From NCBI GenBank assembly GCA_965112155.1, contig OZ218104.1: a stretch of DNA of 64,000 nucleotides, one strand, 5' to 3'. Below, one piece after another: positions 47,790 to 59,608 of the stretch. Both the position numbers and the translations under genes were made by a program. The DNA is from Podarcis liolepis (taxonomy: Eukaryota). The notes below the pieces were generated by a model, which had not been told where the DNA came from, made no database searches, and was given only the letters and a program-made list of their open reading frames with translations. Numbering within the stretch: the stretch's first letter is position 1; each line of letters opens with the position of its first letter.

Positions 47790-50700
47790 GTGGCGTGTGG
47801 AGTCATGTGCTAACAGAAAGGGGTTGCCTTTGTCCGCGACCAGCCCCGCCCCGGTTTGAGAATAAAGGCGCCTTAAAGCAGCGAGCAATGTTGGTGGGGA
47901 CAAAGCAGCAGAACGCCTTTGCTGCTTGTCTTAATGTGGGAGCAGGGGGAGGATGGGTTGGGACCTGCACCAAGGGGCTGGGTATCTCTGGGGTGGGGGA
48001 ATTCAAGATCTCTGGGGTTACTGCATGTTCTGGCATTTAGGGACTCACAGCTGTGGGGGAAGCAACTTGGGGTCCTTGGGGAAGCCTTTCCTGGTGTGTA
48101 GAACAACTTTGCAGAGGATCCTGGGATACGCCCTGGCATGCATGTTCAGTTTTCAGAGGGCCTCAAGGCAAGAGTATGTTCAGGAAGGTAGTCAAGTCTG
48201 TCTTGCACTTGTACATGTTACAGGAGGATTGGTAAACTCTGTTCCAGTTAGTTTGTCCATCATTGCCAGTTTTTAAGCATAGAACTGCTAATAAGCTTCC
48301 ATAGATGTTTCCCGTAATTCAAATTGGCAAACTTCTGCACCTCCAGAAAGCAGCTGAGGAATCTGGTTTGTGCTGCAGTGAACCCAAATGTACGTATGTG
48401 GTTACTCAGATCAGAAATGCCTATGGTGGTAGGGCATGTCAGTTTAGGGAGTGTTTCTTCAATTATTGCAAATCTCTTCAGTGAGGGGTCTTAAAAATTT
48501 GTTTTTGGGTGTGAAGATTTCAAATCTGATGTTTTTGTGATTGGACGACATTGAGCTTGATAAGTCCATGCCTAATGAAGAAGCACATAAACTGCTTTTG
48601 GAAAACTAAAGAAGTTTAATTCTACCTTCCGAAAATGTCCTAATGCTAAAAATATATATATTAATATATAATGTAACTGCAAGTACTTGACAGTCATTTT
48701 TAATGATTTCCTTGCAAACACACATTTTACTTAACAAGCAAAACTAAATTGTATTAATTTAACCAAAACATCTTGATGTTACAACTTTTTAGCACCCCTC
48801 ATTTTTGGAATTTGAAAGTTGAAAAATTCAAGACGCTTTACTATGGTAGACTATCTTCCAACAACCTGGAATGGCCCAGGAAGTTTGTAGTTAGTAACCA
48901 CAGGTGTTCAGTTAGTCTGGTCTTTGTGCAGCTTATCTGAGAAATCACAAGGACTAGAGACTTAACTATTCAAAAATGCAAGTTTTTGAGATTTACAAGA
49001 GCCTGAAAGTTGTGTACATTAAACATCCTTGACTTGATTCATGGGGATTTTGACAGGGCTATACACAGTGTTTCTGGGTGGGTGGGATCTTTCATAGTAT
49101 TTTTTTCTGTATGTATAAATAGGCGTAGTGGCTGTAGGAAAACTATTATTTCCTTGTTTCCCATCTGCTAATTTTAATAATACTGAACAATGACAAAAAC
49201 ACGCTAGATGGATGAGTCACAAATTCATCCCAGCTTGTACTTAGAGCTTTGTCAGAATCAGTGATTCGTGCATGTTGCAGTTTTTATGATGCAGAATTTG
49301 AATTGCAAAATCCTCATTTCATTTACCTTTCTTTTTGTTAAAGCACCAATTAAATCCAGTGAGGCATGGTGCAGATTCACATGTTATAACAGCAGATCTA
49401 CGCAGGCCTGTTGTTTCCAAAGCACCACACATCCATGTACAGCAAATGCAGGCAATGCAGAAATATCACAAATGTCAACAGGCATCAACAAAACTGTGCA
49501 CTTTGTCCCAGTACAGCACGAACTAATAAAAGCAACTCAGAAATAACTAACAGCTCTGGTTTCAAGGCCTGGCTGCTGTTAGTGCTCCAAAACCTGCAGA
49601 TGGGGGTCATACTGCAGTAGCAAGCTCCCTCTCTCTCACATACACACAGTGCAGGTTTGAGCTGTGAGTCTTTTTGTAAACAAAGAGCTTCTGAATCTTC
49701 AAAGCCCAGTTTGTGTTCTTGTTTGTCCCAAAGGCCAGGTCTTTCTAACAAAATGCTAAAAATGTTTTACTGCAGCTGAAAGTCACAATGGGTAGCGGGA
49801 TATTAGAGAAGAAACCTAACTTTAGTTCCGTGTAGAATGGTGGAAGGATTGGTTTGGCCTACTCAGTCAAGCTGCCTCTGCAAGATTGAGAGCTGCCTGT
49901 TGGGATTCTAGGTTCAGGCAGCTGTTGTTCTGAGAAACTGAACAGAATAAGCATCTTGTCAGGAAATGGGCGGGGGGCTGCCTTGGATTTTGGGGGAGGC
50001 CAGGGGAAAGGCAAGGCCAGTTCATCCATCCCATAGTAGTTTGGTTGTGTGTTGTGTACTTGAAAAAGGTGGAGCTTAGTCTAAATATTGGGAAACTCAC
50101 AGGTCACTCATCAAATACTGTCAGTTAACAGTCCACAGTCTGATAGTAACAGTCCAGATAATTCCAGGGATGGTGAAAATGTATTTGTGTGGGTGGCAGC
50201 CAGTCTATTTAATGGAACTGATAGAGCTGGTGATATGAGGACTGTGTGCTCACAGGGGTCTTGGGGACCCCTCTGCATATTTGTGTACACCTGAAAATGT
50301 GTAAGGTGCAATGATCAAATTCAGCAGCTCCTTCTCAAGTCTACACTCCATTGCTAAACCAGGTTTGACCTGTGTAAAGGGTGAAATAGTCTAGCTATGT
50401 TTGTATAGCAGCTTCCCCCAGCCTCATGCCCTCCAGAATTTTTGGCTACAACTCCCATCCGTCCAAAACACCCAGAAAGCATCAAAGTACCTTTGTCTTA
50501 GAGCTGCTGTGTGAGTTTAAAATTTCATTTTAAACAACATTTACGATGGTTTGGGCAATTCCTCAGGTCCTGGGATAAAGTAAAGGAGAATGAGTGAATC
50601 TCCTGAACTTGTTTCACCTGCGCCTCTTATTTGCGCTATGTGATTAGGCTACAAATAACACTTGATGACAATAGAACTTTTACCTGGAACGCTTAACTAA

Positions 50701-53700
50701 TTGGCAGGATTGAAATTAGCCTATAGTTAGTTCCTTTCTTACAGTTGTACTAAATGAACGTTTTAAATACTTGACCATCATATATGGCCAAGTATTATTA
50801 TTTTTTAACTGGTCAAGTGGCTAGCCTTTGTGATGGATTCTGTTTATCGTAGTACACAAAGTTGTGTTTGGGTGGGTGTGTAGAAGTTACTGCCCTGTTT
50901 TTCTCACAGCGGGAAACGCAGGAGGCTCCCGGCTCAAATGACCTGACCGCCGAAGATGAAGGAGGAGGGAGCAAGGAAAGGGATGAGGATTACATTCCCG
51001 GGAAGAAGAGCGTGAGGACCAAAAGGAGAACTCACCTGTCCAGGAAGCCCAGCAGCTCCAAGACTGCTGGGAACAGCGGCCTGCTGGAAGCCGGGGTGCT
51101 GGGAAGCCGCAGGGGTGCGACGGGACCAGTTGAATGCCCCACTTGCCACAAGTCCTTTCTCAGCAAGTACTATCTCAAGGTGCACAACAGGCAAGTTCAC
51201 ATGCCTTGCTGATACAGGCTGCCTGTTTTGCCCCAAGAACCAGCTTGTGAATTGAGGCACGGTTGGCTCCTTGCCCAGCATTTGGAGCAGGAATGGGCAG
51301 ACTCCAAACTTGGTTTCTTATTAGAAGCCAGAGAGCCCAGGTGCAAAACTTAGGAGTCCAGAACAGGTGCCTTTGAGCACATTCTGCGTGGAGGGATTTG
51401 TTTTCAGGACCAGAACTGGACTGAACTCATTCTTCTCAGACAGAAGTCTACTTCTGGTTACTCCAGACTTTCTTTGTTTCAGCAGCCAGATTTAGCTGTG
51501 GAGTGGGGAAGGGAGATATCTGTTGGTATTGTTAAACAATTGGGAGTCACAAACTCCTGACAGTCAACTGCTGCTGTTGCTGCTGTTTTATGCTATTTTA
51601 TTTTAATGTATTTATATCCTGCCTTTCTGAAGGCAGCTTCCAACATTTAAAAGCATCATTGCAAAATACAAAGTAGTTAAAACTAACTAGTTAAAAACAG
51701 TAGCTAAAATACATCAAAACACATTTAGAACCAGCAATTGAAAATGCAGTTTGCCTGATCGCAGGCCAAATCACCCAGATCAGAAGACCCTGATCTACTT
51801 TCTGCTGGTACCTGGTTTCAAGTGAGTGCCCTTGGGAGACCAGAGCACAACAGTGCCCCACCTGCCTTGCAGGACTACTTGCAGTGGGTCACTCTGTTCT
51901 TTTTTTTAATCTATAAAAAAATCCTTGTAACCTGCAGGAAGCACACTGGTGAGAAGCCCTTTGAATGTTCAAAGTGCGGGAAATGCTACTTCCGGAAGGA
52001 GAACCTGCTGGAGCACGAAGCCAGGAACTGCATGAACCGTACAGAGCAGGTATTATGGGAAGGAGGGGGTTACAGCTGGAAAACACACATAGACACTCTT
52101 GCAGTGCTGTTGGAGGAACAGCTCTGAAGTACTGGGTGGGTGGAGGCTGTTGTGGTGCCCAAGAGAGAGGGCTGCGTTGAGATGTAGAAGACCCAGAGTC
52201 AAATCCTGTCTCGCCCACCTGGGAGCTGACCCTGACACAGCCTGTCAGCATTGAGCTGCAAATGCACCAGCCGCAGAGATGGCAGCCCCAGGCCCTGTCT
52301 GGAGAGGGGTGACTTAAGGATTTGTGCCTGCATTGAGTCAGGACAAAAAGGGGCTGTTTGGGGTTGGGTGATGGCTAGAAGAGGAGCAATGCGGCCTTCT
52401 CCTTCTACAGTGCAGCCTCATGTAGCTGTCCGCTAATCAAAGACACAGAGGCTGGAAGCCACAGGAGGGGAGAGTGCTGCCCTTGGGCTTGAATCCTGCT
52501 TGCGGGTTTCCCCCTAGGGCATCCGGTTGCTCCCTATGAAAACAGGATGCTGGACTAGATGGGTGAGTGGCCTGATCCAGCAGGGCTGTTCTTAAATTTC
52601 TCTGCCTGCTTCCTGAAGCAGCAGAGTCTCTGGCTGCGTTTCTCGAACTTGTAGGTTTGCTCGCTCTCCTTGGAGCTGGCAGTTCTATGCAGGGCTCTCT
52701 CCCCCCCTCCCCTCCTCCCAGCTCCCTGAATGTCCTTTTCCCTTTTCTGTCCAGGTTTTCACCTGCTCTGTCTGTCAAGAGATGTTCAAGAGGCGGATGG
52801 AGCTCCGTGTGCACATGGTGTCCCATACGGGAGAGATGCCTTATAAGGTCAGCCTGCCTTGCCCCTGAGTCCTGCTGGCTGTCTTGCGACAGGACATTTT
52901 ACTTTGGGGAAGGGGAGCGATTCACATAGCCTCAACCTTCCCTTCGAAGCTACAAGGCAGCCCTGCCAGCTGGGGCTGATGGGAGTTATGGTCCAAAACA
53001 TATGGAGGGCCCCAGCTTTTGGAGGGAGGGAAAGGCTGGCATTGGGAACAGAAGCTGTACCTGAGCTACCCTGGGCAGGTGCTCAGCTAAGCGCAGAGGC
53101 TTGGAGCTGAGGTTCCCCTCGCCCTTCTAGGCTCAGGTCTGCTCTATGGATGGTGCTGTATCCTTTGTTATCAATGGCTACTGTAGGACTTCTGGGAACA
53201 GTCCTAATGAAGGAGCAGCCTGTAAAAGGGTTTACAGAATACTTAAAAGTTACAGGGATGATTATTAGAAAGATTTGGAAGCGTTTTGAGGGGGTTCCTA
53301 AAGAAGAATGGTTTAAGGTGAAAGGTTAACGAAAAAGTTGGTTTAAGTAGAGGCCAAATGAAAAAAAGTCTCCTTTATGAGCGCACAGCAAGACTTCGTT
53401 TTATACAGCAATATTGACAGACAGGTGCTTGCAGCACAATGTGTAAGTATCCAGAATTGTAGAGTTGTAGAATAGAGTTCCGTCCCTGCAATGCCTCTTT
53501 ATCAGATTCCCACCAAACCTTAAGGATGCTAAATAATGAACTTGGGAAGCCTCCAGCCTTGATAAAAGGAGGAAAGAGAAGAAAGTAGACCTTCAGAATT
53601 ATTCCAGCTCTGCACCTCACCCTATAAATACGAGGGATTATCCTTTGTTTTCGGAATCTCCATTTTTGTTTTTAACATCCTTTGTAATATGTGGGATGTT

Positions 53701-56302
53701 ATTCAGATAACTGTATGAAGGGAAGGTTAATTTTGTAAGGTGTGGTTCAGTGTGAGAAATGGCATTTCTTTTCAAATGAAAACAAACAAAAGAATAGCAA
53801 CCCTCATCCGCCACTGACCTGCGGTTCTTGTCGCCTTGTGTTCTAGTGCTCTTCCTGCATCCAGCAGTTCATGCAGAAGAAGGACCTGCAGAGCCACCTC
53901 ATCAAGCTACATGGGGCCCCCAAGCCACATGCGGTGAGTATCGGTGTTGGCCGAGACTTGGCAAATCGCCCTTCTTGGGAAAATCTCACCTAAGCTGCAA
54001 ATGTCCAGGGGACAAAGTGCTTGTAATGGCTTCTTCGCCATTGAGTCTAATTTTTATTTTATATGGAAACACAGCAGCTCAGGAGAATCAGGCCTCACAG
54101 GGAGTATGTAAGTGTCTGGGTTTAGGACACTCCAAGGTTACTTTTTCATCTTCTTTGTTAAAACAAAAACTTGCAATTGCTTTGATTCTGTCATCACAAC
54201 CCACACTTCCTTTCCCTTTTGCTACGGTTATATTATTGATCCAGTAAATTGCACAGCTGCATACAATACTTCATTACTGGCGATTACGACTTACCTATTT
54301 TTTAAAAAAACACAATCTTATTTTTCCTGAAACATGTTTGTTACGGTAAGCCCAGTGGAGACAGGGAGTGTGGTTTGCTTGGGAGATGGCACCTTTCCTT
54401 AACATGCGAGAATGAAGGGAAGGCCAAGCTCCAGGGATATTAATGGGGGTAAAGGGGCAGTCTGCGAGGAATTGGTTGAGCCTGAGGCCACCTCCGCAAG
54501 GCTGCTTGACCCGCAAGGAGCACATCCCTGACCCCAGTCCATCCTTCCTCCTTTTCCTTCTTCAGTGCTCTGCCTGCTCCAAGTGCTTCCTGTCGCGGAC
54601 GGAGCTACACCTCCACGAGGCCTTCAAGCACCGCGGGGAGAAGCTGTTTGTCTGCGAGGAGTGCGGCCACAGGGCTTCGAGTCGCAACGGGTTGCAGATG
54701 CACATCAAAGCTAAGCATAGGTGTGCAGAAGTGGCCTGCTTTGTCCCTTTCCACGGGGAGCTTCCATGCCCCAGTATGCTCTAGCATTGCCCTTCCTTCT
54801 CCTGTCTCTGCAGGAACGAGCGCCCCTATGTCTGCGAGTTCTGCCAGCACGCCTTCACCCAGAAGGCCAACCTCAACATGCACCTGCGCACCCACACCGG
54901 GGAGAAGCCCTTCCAGTGCCACCTCTGCGGTAAAACCTTCCGCACGCAAGGTATGGGTACAGCCTGGCCCTTGGGGCCGTTCCCACTGAAGGGCAGAGTT
55001 GCCGCAGGGCATCTGCTTAGGACTTGGGAGCCTGTCCCACCCGGGCCCTCTGGGAACCTAAAGAACCTCTCAGTCAGCAGGAGGCCTGGGCAGTATCAGG
55101 TTTTCAGCACCGTGGTGTATCACCAACCAAACAGCGCAATCCGGCGATGCACCACGATGTTGAAACAGGGAAGAACAAGCTGCAGGCAGACTGGAGTGAG
55201 GGGCGCTGTGCTGGCTGGAGCCGGGGAGCCGTGATGTATCACCAGCTCAAAAAGTCTGAAACCGGTATTGCGGTGTGAACTTCATACGGGTTTCGGACAA
55301 ATTACCGATGTATCTTGCAGCTCTAGTCATTAGTCAGGAAGGAATAGTGGGTGCTTTGGAAGCTATGTTTCCATTCCCATCACTTTTGTAATACAGTCTG
55401 GTGTGTGTATAGAAATATAAAGAAGGCCTCTCCTCCTGTTTGACTGGTTTTCTCTTCTGTGTGCACACATCAGCAAGCCTGGACAAGCACAACCGGACCC
55501 ACACAGGCGAGCGACCCTTCAGCTGCGAGTTTTGTGACCAAAAGTTCACTGAGAGAGGCCCCCTGCTGAGGCACATTGCCAGCCGGCACCAGGAAGGGAG
55601 ACCCCACTTCTGCCAGATCTGTGGGAAGACTTTCAAAGGTAAGGGGAGGGAGTGCCGAAACAACTGAGTGAATGAGTGAAATGCTTGTTAAGAGGGGCGA
55701 AGCCTTGCTGTCTCAAAACGTGCAGTGCAAAGGCTTTTGCGTAAGATGGAACTACGCAGTTGAGGAGCACAGATCCTGCAGCTTGGCTTTTGCCAATCTG
55801 ATGCCCTCCAGGTGCTGTTGTACTACAACTCCCACCAGCCCCAGGGTCTGGTATGGTCAGGGATTAGGGTTGGGGCACCAGATTGTCTGCATCTGGCTTA
55901 GTGGCAGAGCACTGAGCTTTTGTATTCAAGGAGACCCCAGACTTAAGCCAAGTTAAAGAGGCCACCTAGGGTGGGACGGCTGGGCATAAATCTTGGTAGA
56001 GCTACTGTCCAAGTTGGCCAGGCTTCTGCCCTCCAGATGTTTTGGACAAGGCCAGCACAGCCCCTGGGAGAAGTTGCCAGAAACATCTGGAGGAGTGGGC
56101 AGCACTGGGCTGTATGCTGTCCTTAGGCAGCCACTTAATGGGCCTCTGGTTTTGCTTTTCCAGCTGTGGAGCAACTGCGTGTCCACGTCCGTCGGCACAA
56201 AGGGGTGAGGAAGTTTGAATGCACAGAATGTGGCTACAAGTTCACACGGCAGGTACGATGTGGCACTCGTGGTCTGGCTTACGGCACATTTAAGAAATAG
56301 GA

Positions 56303-56341
<39 letters not shown>

Positions 56342-57308
56342 ATAGCTGACTCCCAGGCTCTTCAAATCCCCTCTCAATGCCTTTTCTTTCTCATTCTTGC
56401 AATTCTTTTTTCCTTCTTCCCTCTCCCTACAGTATCTGCATTGATTCCCCCCTTCATCTGAAGAAAGGGGTGGCCAACCTGTGGCCCTCTGTCTATTTTC
56501 ATGTGGCCCTCGGCTTTTGCAAGTGCCTAGCAGAGGGGAAACTTGGGGTGGGAACCGGGGCAGGAGGTGTAAGAGAGAAGAGGGTGGCTCTGTTCACTTT
56601 TCTCTTGGGTCCCTGCCCAACACTTATATGTGGCCCCCAAGAGATTATCCTTCACGGAGTGTGGCCCTCGGCAGGAAGAAGAAAAGAGAATTCTCCTCTG
56701 CCTTAGGATGACTAAACACTTTCAAAAGTGACCCCCTTCAGAGCCACTGGCCCTCCATAAAGCACTATCAGTTGTCCAGAGACCTTCACACATTTTGTCA
56801 TCCTCACCCCAAACCCGTAAGGTGTCCCTCTAGTGCAGATGCCCGGCTGAGGCAGACCTGCCTGAGGGAACCCAGCTCAGCCCCTGCCTTGCCTCCTTGC
56901 CCAGCAGTTCATCTGTTACCGCCGGAAAGGGCCCTTAGCTGCTCTTCCCCACTTCCATTTGTGGGCTCTGGGTTCCGACATGCCAACCGTCTCTCCTCTT
57001 GCTCTCTCTCGAAGGCCCACTTGAGACGCCACATGGAGATCCATGACCGGGTGGAGAACTACAACCCCCGCCAGAGGAAGCTGCGGAACCTGATCATCGA
57101 GGACGAGAAGGCCGTGGTGGTGGCCCTGCAGCCCCCTCACGCTCTGGAGGGGGGCTCTGCCGAGGAGGTCGTGGCGGAGTCGCTCGCCCACGGCTCCCTG
57201 AGCGAGGAGCTCCCTGTACAGAGACTCTCTTCGAACGAGAACTTTGGTCCCCCGGATGTGATCGAACAGTCGCTGATCATTACCATCCCAGATGACTGTG
57301 AGACGTAG
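47100..57308 (+). CDS. ZBTB48: Zinc finger and BTB domain protein 48 (TZAP, telomeric zinc finger-associated protein), complete, 10 coding exons, 700 aa
   Basis: Exons total 2103 nt. N-terminal BTB ([21 protein letters not shown]), 11 C2H2-type fingers, last finger [34 protein letters not shown] matching human ZnF11 and its C-terminal arm. Confidence 0.97.
50910..51190 (+). CDS. ZBTB48: ZBTB48 coding exon 2 (GC donor)
   Basis: tcacag|CGGGAA ... CACAACAG|gcaagt; [20 protein letters not shown]. Confidence 0.9.
51938..52049 (+). CDS. ZBTB48: ZBTB48 coding exon 3
   Basis: ctgcag|[38 protein letters not shown]|gtatta. Confidence 0.94.
52755..52847 (+). CDS. ZBTB48: ZBTB48 coding exon 4
   Basis: gtccag|[31 protein letters not shown]|gtcagc. 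Confidence 0.94.
53847..53933 (+). CDS. ZBTB48: ZBTB48 coding exon 5
   Basis: ttctag|[29 protein letters not shown]|gtgagt. Confidence 0.94.
54566..54720 (+). CDS. ZBTB48: ZBTB48 coding exon 6
   Basis: cttcag|[14 protein letters not shown]...[10 protein letters not shown]|gtgtgc. Confidence 0.94.
54814..54950 (+). CDS. ZBTB48: ZBTB48 coding exon 7
   Basis: ctgcag|[21 protein letters not shown]...KTFRTQ G|gtatgg. Confidence 0.94.
55474..55638 (+). CDS. ZBTB48: ZBTB48 coding exon 8
   Basis: catcag|[17 protein letters not shown]...CGKTFK G|gtaagg. Confidence 0.94.
56164..56252 (+). CDS. ZBTB48: ZBTB48 coding exon 9
   Basis: ttccag|[31 protein letters not shown]|gtacga. Confidence 0.94.
56308..56338 (+). 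repeat. (GT)n microsatellite
   Basis: Read directly; in the last ZBTB48 intron. Confidence 0.95.
57015..57308 (+). CDS. ZBTB48: ZBTB48 last coding exon
   Basis: ctcgaag|[22 protein letters not shown]...IPDDCET TAG. Confidence 0.94.
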   Translation, partial: AHLRRHMEIHDRVENYNPRQRKLRNLIIEDEKAVVVALQPPHALEGGSAEEVVAESLAHGSLSEELPVQRLSSNENFGPPDVIEQSLIITIPDDCET

Positions 57309-57339
57309 CGTTGTGCCCCTATTGTAAAGCCCCATCCCC

Positions 57340-57345
57340 AATAAA
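57340..57345 (+). terminator. ZBTB48 poly(A) signal
   Basis: AATAAA about 30 nt after the stop codon, plus ATTAAA at 57354-57359. Confidence 0.7.
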
Positions 57346-58019
57346 GGAGAGCAATTAAAAAAGAAAACCTGAACTTCAATTACATCCGTACTCTGAACAT
57401 AATGCAGTGTGTAATAATGGCCCAGGTGCCGCTAAAATTTCTACGCTAGGACCTTCCCTTGCTCAGCTGACAGAACCTCTACTCCCTTCCTCTGCTGGAG
57501 TGGAGTGAAAAAGAGAATCGGTCGCCCCCACAGCTCGAACCATTGTTGATCCAGTTGCCTGGGACGGGGAAATGGTGGTGGGCAGTGTTATTTCCTCATC
57601 AGCCATGAGCTCCTGGAGTTCTTTGTGTGTGGATTAGGTTTCTCTGACCTTACTCCCATCAAGGGATGGGGGAGAAACTTGATTCAGTTCACACTAATCT
57701 GATCTGTACTTTATGAAACGATACAGAAACGGAAACCCAGCCAGCCTCGGATATTCCCACTCCTCCAAATCTTGCAATGCAGTTCTCCAGCCAAGCAGTG
57801 TGTTCAAAACTGCATATAAGTGTGTATATCCTTGAAAATAAATTGCAAAAGTGCATTATATAAGGGAAATCATTTTGCAGGAAAATATGTATCTTAGCAA
57901 AATTGCATACAAAGAAGCGTACACGGTATGAATCATAGAATCATAGAATTTGTAGTGTTTTGCATCATGCCAGGGTTACATTCTGGGGATACTGTAGTTT
58001 GCATGTGCAAAAACACGTA

Positions 58020-58248
58020 CAGTGGAACCTTGGTTCTCAAATCTAATCTGTTCGACTCCCAAGACGTTCGAAAAGCAAGGTGCACCTTTCCAATTAGCGC
58101 AGGTGTCCTGGAAACAATAGCCAACAGCCGCATCGGACATTCAGCTTCCAAAAAACGTTTGGAAACCGGAACACTTACTTTGGGGTTTTCTGCGTTTGGG
58201 AGCCAATTTGTTCGTCAGCTAAGCCATCCAAGAGCCAAGGTTCCATTG
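58020..58248. mobile_element. Tc1/mariner MITE
   Basis: TIR CAGTGGAACCTTGG / CCAAGGTTCCATTG, TA TSD. Confidence 0.8.
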
Positions 58249-58673
58249 TATGCCAAACCACCCTCATGCAACCATCTTTACCTTTCAAGCAAAGCAGAGA
58301 GCTCTGGGGTGCTCCTGTGGAGGCAAATGGATTCCCAGAAAATCTCCTGAGAGCATCCCAGAGCCTGGTAAGCAAGGCTTTTAAAAACTTTCTGCTCCAG
58401 TAAAACCTGGTGCAAAAGGAGCTTTTAAGCTCTCCACCTTCCCTTTGCTTAATCTGTGGGATTTCAACCAGCCGGCTTTCAAATTGCGCAAGTTAATTGC
58501 ACACAGTTGTACCATATGAAGACAAATGGCACTAGAATTCACAAGGATTCCTTTTGTGTAAATAAGAAGAAAAAATTGGTGTGGAATTGTACAGAACGGA
58601 ACATAAGACCGAAAAAATGTGAAACCGAGACGGCGAAACCCATCTCGCCTTGGCCGCCTGACCTTCCCGCCAC

Positions 58674-59608
58674 TCAGCCTGCTGCGTTCACCCTCTTTGT
58701 GTAGCTCTGAATGGACATCTGGAAGTGTTGGTTGGTGTTGAGATGGGAGTGGAAGAGGATGATGTAGGCCTTGGGGGCGAAGTAGCCCCCGAAGATCCCG
58801 GCGAGGGTGCAGAGGAGGGTGGCGATGTGGATAGCCGCCAGGTACTTGCCCTTGTAGATGCTCGCGGCGGTGGCGTACGTGATGAAGGAGACGAAGTAGA
58901 TGAGGTTGCTGAACGTGATGCACTTGGCTTCGTTGTAGCTGTTGGGAAGGTCCTTCCCCGCGTAGCTGATGGTGAAGCAAGCCACGCCCAGCAGGCTGTT
59001 GAAGATCATCCAGAAAACGGGAATCACTGTGTTGCCCTGGCTGCACTCCAGGAGAATCAGCTCCTCAAAGGCTTCGTAGTTCTTGTAGGGGGCCGGGGGG
59101 CTGATGGTGAGGGAGGTGAGGACCATTGTGCCTTGCAGCCCAGTGATGGCTCCTATGAGCAGGCCGGAGCCGTGGTACTTCCGCCAGGCCCCATACAGGC
59201 CCGGAGCCCTGGCCGCCATCTTGAAGACGATGACGATCTGCACCGAGCGCGCCGCCATGCACGAGAGGCACCCGGTGAGGCAGGTGCTGTACACAGACAA
59301 CCTCAGAAGGCAGACAAAGTGCCCTGGGGCCCCGAAGAAGCAGTAGAGGCTGAGGCCGGCGCAGGCCAGGGCGCCCAGCATGGCGAAGCACATCCAACCG
59401 CCGGCCGACTTCACGACGGGCGTGTGGCGGTTCCGCACGAAGACGCCCGTGGTCCCGGCCACGAGCAGCAGCAGGAGGGTGTTGGCTGCCAACAGGGCCA
59501 CGGAGATGGGGTCGTCCCACAGCATGAAGACGACGGTGCGGTCGAAGCAGGCTTCGCTTCTGCCAGGCGCCCACTGGTCCTTCTGGCACTTCTGGCAGGT
59601 GTACGGAT
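58674..59608 (-). CDS. TAS1R1: TAS1R1 exon 6 (7TM domain)
   Basis: ccacag|AT PYTCQKCQKDQWAP...RVNAAG TGA. Confidence 0.94.

Noticed and set aside
48500-49560. AT-rich kilobase in ZBTB48 intron 2 as a possible ncRNA or transposon
   Set aside because: No snoRNA boxes, TIRs or convincing ORF identified by eye.
53170-53800. AT-rich block in a ZBTB48 intron
   Set aside because: Probably a LINE 3' UTR remnant; no TSD or ORF that I could confirm.
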